Source of the DNA: an uncultured Candidatus Saccharibacteria bacterium
Lineage (GTDB): Bacteria > Patescibacteriota > Saccharimonadia > Saccharimonadales > JBBQAJ01
NCBI GenBank assembly: GCA_964597925.1
Contig: CAZQZT010000002.1
Span: forward strand, 39,038 to 103,037
DNA: 64,000 bases
Reading direction: 5' to 3'
Of this stretch, positions 1 through 9,346 are shown in pieces. The notes under the pieces are model-generated. The model had not been told where the DNA came from and ran no database searches. It saw nothing but the letters and a program-made list of their open reading frames with translations. How positions within the stretch are numbered: the stretch's first letter is position 1; each line of letters starts with the position of its first letter. A program made the translations under genes and the position numbers.

Positions 1-714
1 AGAGTAGATTAAATCTGTCAGGGTGGCACAGACCAGTAATATAACTGGTTCTGGGTCACCGTAGGTTTCTTGTTCCCATTCGCCCAGTTCTTCATCAAGG
101 TATGTAACGTACTGCTTCAGCCTGTTGCGTAGCCGATAACGCGGCAGGGTGGCATCAAAGATCTCCAGTAAATAGCTCTCAATGGTTTCCGGTTCGCTCC
201 ATTCGTACTGTAGTTTGCCAAAGCATAGGTTGGGATGAATATATTCATTATCAGCCAGAAAGTGGTAGCAACTATCGCTCAGGTAGTCGGCTACAGTTTC
301 ATAGAAAAACCAGGTCTGTGGGTAGCTTTCTTCATCACGGGCTTGCTCTAGGGTAATGCAGGTGTCGGCTATGGCGAGGCAGCGATCAATAAAGACCTGA
401 CTACGTTCATGCTCTCGGTAGCGTTTGCGTAACTCTTCAACTGGATGAAAGTCTAGATTCCCAAAGCGGCGTATACCGTTAATACCTAGGTAGTAGATAG
501 CAGGTTTGGTTTTCTCGGCAAAATGGTCTTTATTGTAGATCCACTTAATGTAATCTTTAGCTCGTAAGTCTTTTAACCATAGGTTAATAGTTTTCTTATC
601 TTTGTGTTTTAGTATTGTCTGTATTTGTATTCTGGTTAAGAATCTATGGGTATATAGTAAATCTAATATTTGGTTTTGTTTATAGGTTATTTTAGGTATG
701 TTTAGTTGTTTCAT
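1..714 (-). CDS. Replication-relaxation-like (plasmid/ICE-type wHTH) protein, partial; C-terminus lies beyond the window edge
   Basis: Own translation from ATG at 714..712: MKQLNIPKITYKQNQILDLLYTHRFLTRIQIQTILKHKDKKTINLWLKDLRAKDYIKWIY... It stays open for 238 codons to base 1, with no stop, which explains its absence from the ORF track. GGAGGG lies 9 nt upstream. The N-terminal LxxLxxHRFLTxxQI pattern resembles replication-relaxation family proteins. Confidence 0.5.
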   Translation of the reverse strand, partial: MKQLNIPKITYKQNQILDLLYTHRFLTRIQIQTILKHKDKKTINLWLKDLRAKDYIKWIYNKDHFAEKTKPAIYYLGINGIRRFGNLDFHPVEELRKRYREHERSQVFIDRCLAIADTCITLEQARDEESYPQTWFFYETVADYLSDSCYHFLADNEYIHPNLCFGKLQYEWSEPETIESYLLEIFDATLPRYRLRNRLKQYVTYLDEELGEWEQETYGDPEPVILLVCATLTDLIYS

Positions 715-780
715 TTTGCCAAACCCTCCTATCCCGTATATATATAAAGGTAGGTACTACTATATCTAACAAATAACAGA

Positions 781-1733
781 TTGACACAAGCATTATGCTG
801 CCCTCGCCCGTGGGGGCAGGAATATAAATGTCAGGATTGCTTACTTTACTGGTGAATTAATGAGTTTCCCTAGTACCAGTTCAAACATTGGCGTGTCGCT
901 TTTCCGGTTTGAATAACGGAAAGCATACTCGTTAGCGTAGTGTTGGAGATACTGTTTGTCGCAGTGCCGGTAGACACCGTAGATGCCTCGTTTGAATTGG
1001 CTCCAGAAGTTCTCAACGTTTTGGGTGTGGACTCGACCCACAACGTACTGGTGGATGCTGTGGTTAACGGTTTGATGCTCATAGCCACGTCGTTTAAGTA
1101 GCTTATATGAGCCATGTTCATCGCTATAGATAGTCGCTGATTGATCAATGTTCTTTTGAATCTCTGGAACAAGTATTCGTGTACCGGAACTCTTGACGTG
1201 CTTTATCCGAGCTCGACCACCACGTTCTACCATACCAAAGATAACTTGGCTGTTGTGTGGTTTAGCTGTACTACGTCTTTGAGGGTTGGGGTGTATGTAG
1301 ACTTCATCAACTTCAACATCATCGTTAAGCAAGCTTTCATCGTCAGCCATCATAAGCCGGACTTGTTTAAAGATACGCCAAGCTGTTTTATACGTTACTC
1401 CACTAATACGCTGGAACTGTAAAGCTGACATACCCGAACGGGTATTAGTCATAAAGAAGATAGCCAGAAGCCATGTTCTTAGGTCTGTAGTGGATTTATG
1501 GAACGGTGTGCCAGCTAGCGGATAAACTTGAGCACCACACTGGCACTGGTAGGCTGGACGACCAGGTAGCTTATGAAAGCCATTGTAGAGACCACAAGTA
1601 GTGCAGGGCTTATCTTCAAAGTGCATCTGCCATAAGTAGTCCAAACAGGAGTCGCTAGTCGGGAACTTTTCGTTAAACTGTCGCATCGTGAACTTCATAA
1701 TTACAGTTTACACCACTGTTAATATGGTGTCAA
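781..1733 (-). mobile_element. IS1595-family insertion sequence (ends approximate)
   Basis: Contains a single transposase ORF. The only terminal inverted repeat I found by eye is short: TTGACAC at 781..787 versus GTGTCAA at 1727..1733. No target-site duplication was recognised, so the boundaries are uncertain. Confidence 0.45.
841..1698 (-). CDS. IS1595-family (ISXO2-like) transposase
   Basis: 285 aa. Cys-rich N-terminal zinc-ribbon-like region (KPCTTCG...YQCQCG) followed by a DDE-type core (VDEVYI..., IYSDEHGSY...), as in IS1595/ISXO2-like transposases. Confidence 0.75.
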   Translation of the reverse strand: MKFTMRQFNEKFPTSDSCLDYLWQMHFEDKPCTTCGLYNGFHKLPGRPAYQCQCGAQVYPLAGTPFHKSTTDLRTWLLAIFFMTNTRSGMSALQFQRISGVTYKTAWRIFKQVRLMMADDESLLNDDVEVDEVYIHPNPQRRSTAKPHNSQVIFGMVERGGRARIKHVKSSGTRILVPEIQKNIDQSATIYSDEHGSYKLLKRRGYEHQTVNHSIHQYVVGRVHTQNVENFWSQFKRGIYGVYRHCDKQYLQHYANEYAFRYSNRKSDTPMFELVLGKLINSPVK

Positions 1734-1996
1734 GGGATAATTGCCGACTGATATACTTGCTTAATGCAAGTAAAGTTGGTTGGTATTTTAAATATTACAC
1801 CCTACAGCTCCTGTGATGGTGGGGATTTGACTCTGCGCAAACAGCTCTACGGCAAGCAAAAAAGCTATTTGCCGATGAAGACCCCGGCAAGCGCGCTGTA
1901 TCCGCCGATGCAAAATATCTACGTGCCAACGATTTTTTTTGGTCATTCAGATTTAATAAAAGACTTGTAATTTTAACCTTTTTATTCTATAATCTT

Positions 1997-2284
1997 ATGA
2001 TGCAATTCGAGAACCCTTTACCTGGCTACGTGCCAGACGCTAAACCAGACACAATAGATCCTGCACACTCAGAGATCTTAGCATCCCATCTGAAAGATGC
2101 CGGTTTTGTCACCAACGGATCATGCAAAACACAGACACCAATGACCGTCGGGAATATGGCAAAAGAAATACGGGGTAGTCGACCAGAGGCGATTAAGGCC
2201 GACGAACTAATCGGTCCACTGGTATTAAATGGCACTCTACAAATCGGGAATGTAATTGGCTTGTGGAAATTAAAAGAAGATTAG
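1997..2284 (+). CDS. hypothetical protein (95 aa)
   Basis: ORF with tandem ATG ATG preceded by TTGTAA-N17-TATAAT (1988..1993). No recognisable domain. The frame is also open upstream to 1817 but without a start codon. Confidence 0.35.
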   Translation: MMQFENPLPGYVPDAKPDTIDPAHSEILASHLKDAGFVTNGSCKTQTPMTVGNMAKEIRGSRPEAIKADELIGPLVLNGTLQIGNVIGLWKLKED

Positions 2285-2364
2285 TTATTTGTGTTTAAAT
2301 AAAGTAGTTTTCATATATATCACAGTACTTGTCAATGCCTCCTGTCTCTGTTAGACTGTAAGCA

Positions 2365-3711
2365 ATGAAGAAACTTCCTATCGTCGCTATTGTGGGTAGG
2401 GCGAATGTTGGTAAATCGTCCTTATTCAACGCTGTTTTGGAACGGCGAGAGGCAATTGTGGCCCGAGAAGCAGGCACTACTCGCGATAGCATTATGGCCA
2501 AGGCAGATTACCGTGGTCAGCACTTTTGGCTAGTAGATACTGCCGGCATAAAAGACGCCGAAGATGACTTTGAATTTACCATCCAAGAGCAAATACAGCA
2601 GGCAGCGGATAGCGCTGATGTAATCTGGGTAGTTATTGAAGCCGACGTAGCCATTACAGAAGAAGACCGCCGAGTCGCCAAAATGGCTCTAAAGTCTAAA
2701 AAACCTGTATTTTTAGTTGTAAACAAAATGGACAAAGCTCCTAGGGCAGAAGCCTCAGATTATCAAAGGCTCGGCATCAAACCGATTATGCTCACTAGCA
2801 GTACGCAGACACGAGGCGTAGAAGAGCTTTTGGACGAGCTGGTCATACAAATCCCACGAGCCACGCTGACAGAAGACACTGACACTATTCATGTAGCACT
2901 TCTAGGACGTCCAAATGTGGGCAAATCTGCACTGTTTAACAGCTTGGCAAAGAAACAGCAGGCAGTCGTGTCGGACAGGGCAGGCACTACGCGCGATATA
3001 AACCGTGCTACTGTGCGCTATGAGGGCAAATCACTAGAGATTATGGACACAGCCGGCATTCGCCGTAACGGTAAGATAGAAAAGGGCATCGAGCGCTTTA
3101 GCGTAATCCGTAGCCTGGCCGCCATAGAGCAGGCAGATATATGCCTTATGCTCATGGACGCAAACGAGCTAAACGTGTCACTAGACCAAAAGATTGCTGG
3201 CATGATTAAAGAATCCGGCAAAGGACTCGTGCTGGTAGTCAGCAAATGGGACAGCTTAGAAAAAGACGCCTTCACGCGGGACAGCATCGCCCCTCAAATA
3301 AAGCACAATTACGACTTCGTGCCGTGGGCTCCACTAATCCTTACCAGTAGCATAACTGGGCAAAACGTCACCAAACTGTTTGATTTGATACTAGAAATTG
3401 CAAACGCCAGACAAACTTTGGTCAAAACCACGGAACTTAACCGTTGGCTCAGAGAGATTACAGACAAACATCCGCCTGCAGGCCTAAAAAACCGCACGCC
3501 AAAGCTCAACTATATGGTGCAAGAAAAAGACAACCCCACCAACTTTAAGGTATACGGCGCCAGCACCAAGTTTCTGCACTGGAGCTATAAGCGATACATG
3601 GACCGCACCCTACGTGAAAAATTTGGCTTTGCCGGCACACCCGTAAAATTCTGGTTTTTCGAAAAACACGAAACCCATAAACACGGCACTAGACCAAAAA
3701 CAGATGATTAG
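2365..3711 (+). CDS. der: Ribosome-biogenesis GTPase Der (EngA), tandem GTPase domains plus KH-like C-terminus
   Basis: Two P-loops (GRANVGKSSLFN and GRPNVGKSALFN), each followed by DTAG and NKxD/SKWD motifs. 448 aa. Confidence 0.9.
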   Translation: MKKLPIVAIVGRANVGKSSLFNAVLERREAIVAREAGTTRDSIMAKADYRGQHFWLVDTAGIKDAEDDFEFTIQEQIQQAADSADVIWVVIEADVAITEEDRRVAKMALKSKKPVFLVVNKMDKAPRAEASDYQRLGIKPIMLTSSTQTRGVEELLDELVIQIPRATLTEDTDTIHVALLGRPNVGKSALFNSLAKKQQAVVSDRAGTTRDINRATVRYEGKSLEIMDTAGIRRNGKIEKGIERFSVIRSLAAIEQADICLMLMDANELNVSLDQKIAGMIKESGKGLVLVVSKWDSLEKDAFTRDSIAPQIKHNYDFVPWAPLILTSSITGQNVTKLFDLILEIANARQTLVKTTELNRWLREITDKHPPAGLKNRTPKLNYMVQEKDNPTNFKVYGASTKFLHWSYKRYMDRTLREKFGFAGTPVKFWFFEKHETHKHGTRPKTDD

Positions 3712-3728
3712 TCAGGTATAATCACAGT

Positions 3729-4367
3729 ATGGCGTTGTTTCAGAAAAAACCAGATGTGGAAAATTCCAAGCCTATTTATACATTAGGTCTGCAAAAGCAT
3801 GTACTGATAGTGGGGCTAGGAAACGAGGGCAAAGAATATGACGACACTCGTCACAATATAGGCTTTGCCTGTATAGATACGCTGGCAGCCAGTCAAGGCA
3901 TAGAGGGCTGGGCTCACAAGAAGGATTTGAAAAGTGAAGTTGCTACCGGAAATGTGGGCGACACACGGGTGATTTTGTGCAAACCCACAACCATGATGAA
4001 CCTGAGTGGCACAGCGATGCAGGCTGTGGCACATTTTTATAAAATAGAAGTCTCTCAAATAGTGGTGGTGCATGATGAGCTAGACATAGACTTTGGACAG
4101 ATAAGAACGCGCATGGGCGGTTCAGATGCAGGTCACAACGGCATAAAATCGCTTATAGAACACCTAGGCGAAAACTTTGGCAGAGTACGCGTAGGAGTAG
4201 GACCGAAAACACCCGCCCAAATGGACAGCGCAGACTTTGTACTGGGCAAATTCAATACTGAGGAGCAAACACAAATAAAGAACTTGCTACAAGAATCCAC
4301 CGCTATCTTAACTGAGTTTATTCACAGCCAAAACATCCTCCCAGAAACCCGCAGTTTTCTAGTTTAG
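3729..4367 (+). CDS. pth: Peptidyl-tRNA hydrolase
   Basis: LIVGLGNEGKEYDDTRHNIGF ... MNLSG ... VVHDELD ... GGHNG(I)KS are classic Pth motifs. TATAAT (3717..3722) lies 6 nt before the ATG. Confidence 0.9.
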   Translation: MALFQKKPDVENSKPIYTLGLQKHVLIVGLGNEGKEYDDTRHNIGFACIDTLAASQGIEGWAHKKDLKSEVATGNVGDTRVILCKPTTMMNLSGTAMQAVAHFYKIEVSQIVVVHDELDIDFGQIRTRMGGSDAGHNGIKSLIEHLGENFGRVRVGVGPKTPAQMDSADFVLGKFNTEEQTQIKNLLQESTAILTEFIHSQNILPETRSFLV

Positions 4368-4844
4368 CGGATTGTTAGTTTGGGTAAGCGTTTGTATCTG
4401 AGCGGTAACCCAGGCAAGAGTTTCAGCAAAGCTTTCGCTCATACCAGCCAGTACTCCAAACATCTGTGCTCGTGCTTCCAGATATGGCAGTCTTAGCTCC
4501 GGTGGTATTAGCTCAAGAACTTCTGCCTCAACCTGCATACATGGAGTCTGTCTACCGTCTCTAGCGAATTCTATATGCTCGTGTAGGGCAGCATAGGCTC
4601 CTACTTGTGGTAGCATCTGACCACTAACCAAGATAGTGAGTTCTCCAAACTCATCGGGCTCAGATACCCAGACAGCCACCGGTTTTAATGCTTCTGGGGC
4701 ATCTTTAAAAATCGGATCGTTTTCTAGATCTGTAACTGCGTAATACCGTACCGTCATATCGCCTGCGGTGAATTCGTGTGGAGTTCGGGTTGCAAGAACA
4801 CTTGCTTCTTTTCGGGGCTCAGGCATTGTAATAAATAATATCAC
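4359..4844 (-). CDS. hypothetical protein (about 155 aa; likely start at MPEPRK)
   Basis: Uninterrupted ORF with protein-like composition and no recognisable domain. It lies immediately downstream of a structured region ending in an intrinsic terminator. Confidence 0.5.
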   Translation of the reverse strand: MILFITMPEPRKEASVLATRTPHEFTAGDMTVRYYAVTDLENDPIFKDAPEALKPVAVWVSEPDEFGELTILVSGQMLPQVGAYAALHEHIEFARDGRQTPCMQVEAEVLELIPPELRLPYLEARAQMFGVLAGMSESFAETLAWVTAQIQTLTQTNNPLN

Positions 4845-4857
4845 TATCTGCTAATTA

Positions 4858-4900
4858 ACAAAAAAGAGCCTCCAGAGGGGGTGGGCACCGCTGGAGACTC
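4858..4900 (-). terminator. Rho-independent terminator (minus strand)
   Basis: 10-bp stem with one mismatch, GAGCCTCCAG (4866..4875) / CTGGAGACTC (4891..4900), followed on the minus strand by TTTTTTGTT. Confidence 0.6.
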
Positions 4901-5200
4901 ATTTTCAGGCACCACCAAGCTCGCAAAAGAGGTCGTGCCCTTAAAACACCCTTCAACCCACCCAGCGAAGCATCGTTGTCTACCAAAGTGCCTACGGACA
5001 CGTGCTTCCTGCCAAGGCAGGAATCTTGCGGACTCGCTTTGAATCTTCTCGACAAGTCGAGAGGGTTAGTTAAAGGGGTTAGTTTGTTTTAGAACGCTTC
5101 TCGAAATCGAGATTGCAGAGTAAGTGGAGGGTAACAACTTAAAACGCACGCTCTAAAACAATCTAACAATTTTCCCCGCATGTGCGAGGTGTTAGAATAG
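4858..5200 (-). ncRNA. Candidate structured non-coding RNA or cis-regulatory leader, unclassified (5' end not defined)
   Basis: ORF-free apart from an implausible 66-aa ORF. At least 6 hairpins are visible by eye, e.g. TCTCGAC-AA-GTCGAGA (5047..5062), TCTCGA-AA-TCGAGA (5099..5112), TTCCTGCC-AA-GGCAGGAA and GGCACCACC/GGTCGTGCC, and it ends in the terminator at 4858..4900. It does not match RNase P, tmRNA or SRP signature sequences as I remember them. Confidence 0.3.
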
Positions 5201-5851
5201 GGATATAAGGTGCATAAATCCGACTGCGCGGACTTAGGATTGCTATTTTAGCAAATTCATTACATTATGTCAATACTTAAACCGGTTGTTGTATGAAAGT
5301 CAATAAAGTTACTAGCACAAGTTCAGACTAGCCAAAAGCTCTTGAACATATTCCCAGACCCCCAAAGCAACTTTTTGTATATCGAAGGAATTACGTCTAG
5401 CTAATGAGCATCTAGGCAACGGTTTACCAGAATTGGGCTCACCGACAGCTTATAAATAACCAAAAAAAAGGTAATAAAAAGAAAACTCCCCTCAGATAAG
5501 TTAGGCATCCTAAGTATGCTCTGGCTATCGTATTCGCAGTTGTGTTTGGTGTACTAGGCTGGTATTTTATAGTGTTTAGCAAAGCAGCACCGGTTCGATT
5601 CAAGCCACTTGGCAAGCTCCAAATGGAAGAGGAGCAAAAAATAAACAGCATACCGTTACCGTAACGGCCAAAGACCCAAGCGGCAATACCACGACTACAT
5701 CTCGTACGTTTTACGTACAATGATTCATTTTTTTCACATCTGTTAAAAGACATGAATTGTATTTTGTGAATTTGCAATTGGATAGGATTTGATTTAGTCT
5801 AGTCATTTGCATATATAAGAAGAAATAAGACATAAGGTATACTTAAGCAAT

Positions 5852-8137
5852 ATGGCGAAAAACCTAGTTATCGTGGAGAGCCCAGCCAAAGCCAAGACTA
5901 TAGAGAAGTTTTTGGGCAAAGACTACTCTGTTAAAAGTAGCTTCGGACATATCCGGGACCTACCAAAAAAAGGTCTCAACATCGATATAGCCAACAGTTT
6001 TGCGCCTACATACGCCGTACCGGCCGAAAAATCCAAAGTTGTCCGTGAGCTAAAAGCCGCCGCAAAAGGCGCCACCGTTTGGCTAGCCAGTGATGAAGAC
6101 CGTGAAGGAGAGGCCATTGCCTGGCATCTCTGCGAAGCGCTTGGACTCAAGCCAGCTGAAACCAAACGAATAGTGTTTCATGAAATTACCAAATCAGCCA
6201 TAGAAGAGGCTGTAAAAAACCCACGTACTGTTGACATCAAACTAGTAGACGCACAACAAGCACGACGAATTCTAGACCGCTTAGTGGGCTATGAACTCAG
6301 TCCCGTGCTGTGGAAAAAAGTTAGAGCAGGGTTATCTGCAGGCCGGGTACAGTCTGTAGCTGTACGACTGATAGTAGAGCGGGAACGGGAGATCAAAGCA
6401 TTTGAAGCAGAGGGTACATATAAAGTTATAGGTTCCTTTAACGGAGGTGAGGATTTTGACGCAGAACTAAACAGCCGATTAGCAGACGTAACTACAACCG
6501 AAAAGTTCCTAAACGACGCCAAACTTTCGACCTACAAAATAGCCAGCATCGACCAAAAGCCAAGTACTCGTAACCCGAGCGCTCCGTTTACTACCAGCAC
6601 GCTTCAGCAAGAAGCAGCCCGCCGGCTAGGATTTGGCGTCCGCCAAACTATGACCTTAGCCCAGCGACTGTACGAAAACGGCGACATTACCTATATGCGT
6701 ACAGACAGCACCACACTGTCTGGCCAAGCCATCAAAGCCGCAGAACAATACATCAAAAAGGAGTACGGCAACGACTACTGGCAAGTGCGCCAGTATAAAA
6801 CCAAAAACTCCAGCGCACAGGAAGCTCACGAAGCCATCAGGCCAACCAGTTTCAACAAACTGAGCGCTGGTACAGATGAGCAGCAAAAAAAGCTTTATGG
6901 GCTAATTTGGCGCCGTGCTTTAGCTAGCCAGATGGCACCCGCACAAGTAGATCGTACTGAAGTAAACATAGCCATGAGTGACAGGCCAGAGATGTTTGTT
7001 GCAAAGGGTGAAGTTCTAAAGTTTGACGGTTTTTTCAAAGTCTATGGTGGAGGCAAAGACGACACCATACTACCTCCGGTAAAAGATGGTCAAACGCTAG
7101 ACTTAAAAGGTATCCTGGCCACAGAAACATATAATCGCCCTCCTGCCCGCTACAGCGAAGCCAGCCTAGTGCGCAAACTAGAAGAACTAGGAATTGGCAG
7201 ACCGAGCACCTATGCGCCGACCATTAGTACCATCCAGACTCGAGAGTATGTGGAAAAAGCTGATTTGGAAGGCAAAGAGCGTAAAATAACTTTTCTAAAA
7301 CTAGAAAACGGAAATGTAGAAACAGGGAAAACTATCGAAATAACGGGTGCAGATAAAAACAAACTAATGCCTACCTCTGTGGCTGATGTTACTACTGACT
7401 TTTTGGTCAAACACTTCGGCACCGTTCTAGATTACGACTTTACCGCCAAAGTAGAGCAAAAGTTTGACGACATAGCCGAAGGCAAAGAGTCTTGGGTAAA
7501 AATGCTCGAAGACTTTTATAAAGACTTTCACCCGCTTGTAGAAAAGTCCGCAAAAGTCAGCCGTGAAGAAACCAGCCAAGCCCGCCAGCTGGGCGATGAC
7601 CCAGGCAATGGCAAGCCCATCATGGCTCGTTACGGCCGTTATGGGCCTATGCTACAACGAGGCGTAACCGAAAGTGAAGAAAAACCAGACTTTGCCCCTA
7701 TGCCAGAAGGCTTAACACTAGAAAACGTAACGCTTGAGCAAGCCCTAGAAATGTTCAAGCTCCCACGACTAGTAGGCACTACAGAAGACGGCAAAGACAT
7801 AAAGTCGAACATCGGCCGTTTTGGCCCGTATATAGTAGTAGATAAACTGTTTGTATCTATAAAACCACACGACCCGTTTAAGGTTACCGAAGAAGAAGCC
7901 CGGGAATTGTACGCCGAAAAGTTAGAAAAAGAAGCCAACAAATACATTGCCCAGTTCAAAAGTGGCATAAACATAGTAAACGGCCCATACGGTCCGTATG
8001 TAACCGATGGCAAAAAGAACGCCCGCATAGCCAAAGACACAGACGCCACCAAGATTACCGAAGCGCAGGCCAAGGAAATGATTGCCAAAGCCCCCGCCAA
8101 AAAAAAGAAACGCTTCGTCCGCCGCACTAAAAAGTAG
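5852..8137 (+). CDS. topA: DNA topoisomerase I (type IA)
   Basis: Toprim start MAKNLVIVESPAKAKTIEKFLG, DEDREGEAI, active-site region ITYMRTDS, and C-terminal repeats (GRFGPYI / NGPYGPYV) with a Lys-rich tail instead of Zn fingers. Confidence 0.92.
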   Translation: MAKNLVIVESPAKAKTIEKFLGKDYSVKSSFGHIRDLPKKGLNIDIANSFAPTYAVPAEKSKVVRELKAAAKGATVWLASDEDREGEAIAWHLCEALGLKPAETKRIVFHEITKSAIEEAVKNPRTVDIKLVDAQQARRILDRLVGYELSPVLWKKVRAGLSAGRVQSVAVRLIVEREREIKAFEAEGTYKVIGSFNGGEDFDAELNSRLADVTTTEKFLNDAKLSTYKIASIDQKPSTRNPSAPFTTSTLQQEAARRLGFGVRQTMTLAQRLYENGDITYMRTDSTTLSGQAIKAAEQYIKKEYGNDYWQVRQYKTKNSSAQEAHEAIRPTSFNKLSAGTDEQQKKLYGLIWRRALASQMAPAQVDRTEVNIAMSDRPEMFVAKGEVLKFDGFFKVYGGGKDDTILPPVKDGQTLDLKGILATETYNRPPARYSEASLVRKLEELGIGRPSTYAPTISTIQTREYVEKADLEGKERKITFLKLENGNVETGKTIEITGADKNKLMPTSVADVTTDFLVKHFGTVLDYDFTAKVEQKFDDIAEGKESWVKMLEDFYKDFHPLVEKSAKVSREETSQARQLGDDPGNGKPIMARYGRYGPMLQRGVTESEEKPDFAPMPEGLTLENVTLEQALEMFKLPRLVGTTEDGKDIKSNIGRFGPYIVVDKLFVSIKPHDPFKVTEEEARELYAEKLEKEANKYIAQFKSGINIVNGPYGPYVTDGKKNARIAKDTDATKITEAQAKEMIAKAPAKKKKRFVRRTKK

Positions 8138-8140
8138 TGT

Positions 8141-8149
8141 TTATCCACA
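8141..8149 (+). promoter_or_regulatory. Exact TTATCCACA 9-mer (DnaA-box consensus sequence)
   Basis: Exact match located 4 nt after the topA stop. It is one of four identical, same-orientation intergenic copies in the window. Its function is unknown. Confidence 0.35.
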
Positions 8150-8314
8150 ATTTTGTCTCTTGGCAAGTTGTTTTATAGTGGTATTTGCACAACACATACT
8201 TAGTTAAAGCGTCTATTTCATGATAAAATAATACTATCTCACAGAAAAAGTATTGACTTTTCGTACATTTGTTTTACAATTATACTATTCTTACATAAAG
8301 GACAGGGAAGAGCA

Positions 8315-9346
8315 ATGCCAGAAGCAGCCAAACTACAGATAGAAAAGATCGTAACCGACGTACTCGGGAATATAGACCGCGAACGCGAAAGAGAGATAAT
8401 TGCTCGCCGTTTTGGTTTGTTTGATCGCAAAGAAACTCTGGAACAGATTGGCGAACTCCTAGGCATTACCCGCGAACGTGTCCGCCAGCTAGAGAAGGCC
8501 GTAGTAGCCCGACTAAAAGTAAATGCAGATGGTGGACAGCTGCCACACTTAGCCATGGTGCAAGACGCCTTTATAGAACTACTGGGAGATATGGGCAATG
8601 TAGCCCGTGTCAGTGACCTTAGTGCAAAGCTGAACAAAGAAAACACGCGCATAGACCAGTCTAGGGTGTCTTTTCTAGCTCAACTGAGCCCTAAGCTAGT
8701 TGTGATAAATGACAATGACCATTATTACCACGCCGTGAGCCTAAAAGCCGTACATGACGAGAAGAAAGTGAAAAAGCTCGTAGAACAGATCCTAGCAGCG
8801 GTAAAACAGATTGGCAAACCAGCTACCATAGAAGATATAGCCAAAGAAACCGGTATAGAAAACGTCAAACACGCCGGAGCGCTAGCTAGCATCAGTAAAG
8901 CACTGGCTACCCTAAACGGCCGCTGGGGACTTTTAAAATGGCCTATGGTCAACCCCAAGAATATTCGTGATAAAATCTACGTTATCCTCAAAGAGCATGG
9001 CAAACACATGCACTTCAACGAAATTGCCGCCGCTATCAAGGACAGTGATTTTAAACGCAAAGACGTCACTACACAGGCAATTCATAACGAACTTATCAAA
9101 GACGAGCGTTTTGTATTGATAGGGCGGGGTATATATGCACTGGAAGAGTGGGGTTATGAAAAGGGCACTGTCGCAGACATTATCGCTGAAGTACTAAAGA
9201 ACTCCAAAGAACCACTTCACCGAGACGAGATTGTCAAACAAGTACTCAAAAAGCGCTATGTAAAAGAAACGACTATACTGCTAAACCTACAAGGCAAGCC
9301 ACAGTTCAAGCGAGTAGCCAAAGCCACCTACGCTTTATCGAACTAA
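8315..9346 (+). CDS. Sigma-70 region-4 HTH fused to a C-terminal HARE-HTH-like domain; no sigma region 2 visible
   Basis: N-terminus EREIIARRFGLFDRKETLEQIGELLGITRERVRQLEKAVVARL matches sigma region 4.2. C-terminus HFNEIAAAIK...IHNELIKDERFVLIGRGIYALEEW resembles HARE-HTH (RpoE-delta/ASXL type). Confidence 0.6.
   Translation: MPEAAKLQIEKIVTDVLGNIDREREREIIARRFGLFDRKETLEQIGELLGITRERVRQLEKAVVARLKVNADGGQLPHLAMVQDAFIELLGDMGNVARVSDLSAKLNKENTRIDQSRVSFLAQLSPKLVVINDNDHYYHAVSLKAVHDEKKVKKLVEQILAAVKQIGKPATIEDIAKETGIENVKHAGALASISKALATLNGRWGLLKWPMVNPKNIRDKIYVILKEHGKHMHFNEIAAAIKDSDFKRKDVTTQAIHNELIKDERFVLIGRGIYALEEWGYEKGTVADIIAEVLKNSKEPLHRDEIVKQVLKKRYVKETTILLNLQGKPQFKRVAKATYALSN

Noticed and set aside
5585-5630. 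tRNA-like T-loop word GGTTCGATT followed by ...CTCCA
   Set aside because: The flanking bases cannot form a T-stem (CACCGG vs CAAGCC) or an acceptor stem. No D or anticodon arm can be drawn. It is not a tRNA and not a convincing tRNA fragment.
5439-5777. 112-aa minus-strand ORF in the pth-topA intergenic region
   Set aside because: Cys/Phe/Trp-rich, non-protein-like composition, with no SD or promoter spacing. The plus strand here has a TM-like frame (AIVFAVVFGVLGWYFIVF...) but no start codon. I treat the region as non-coding or decayed.
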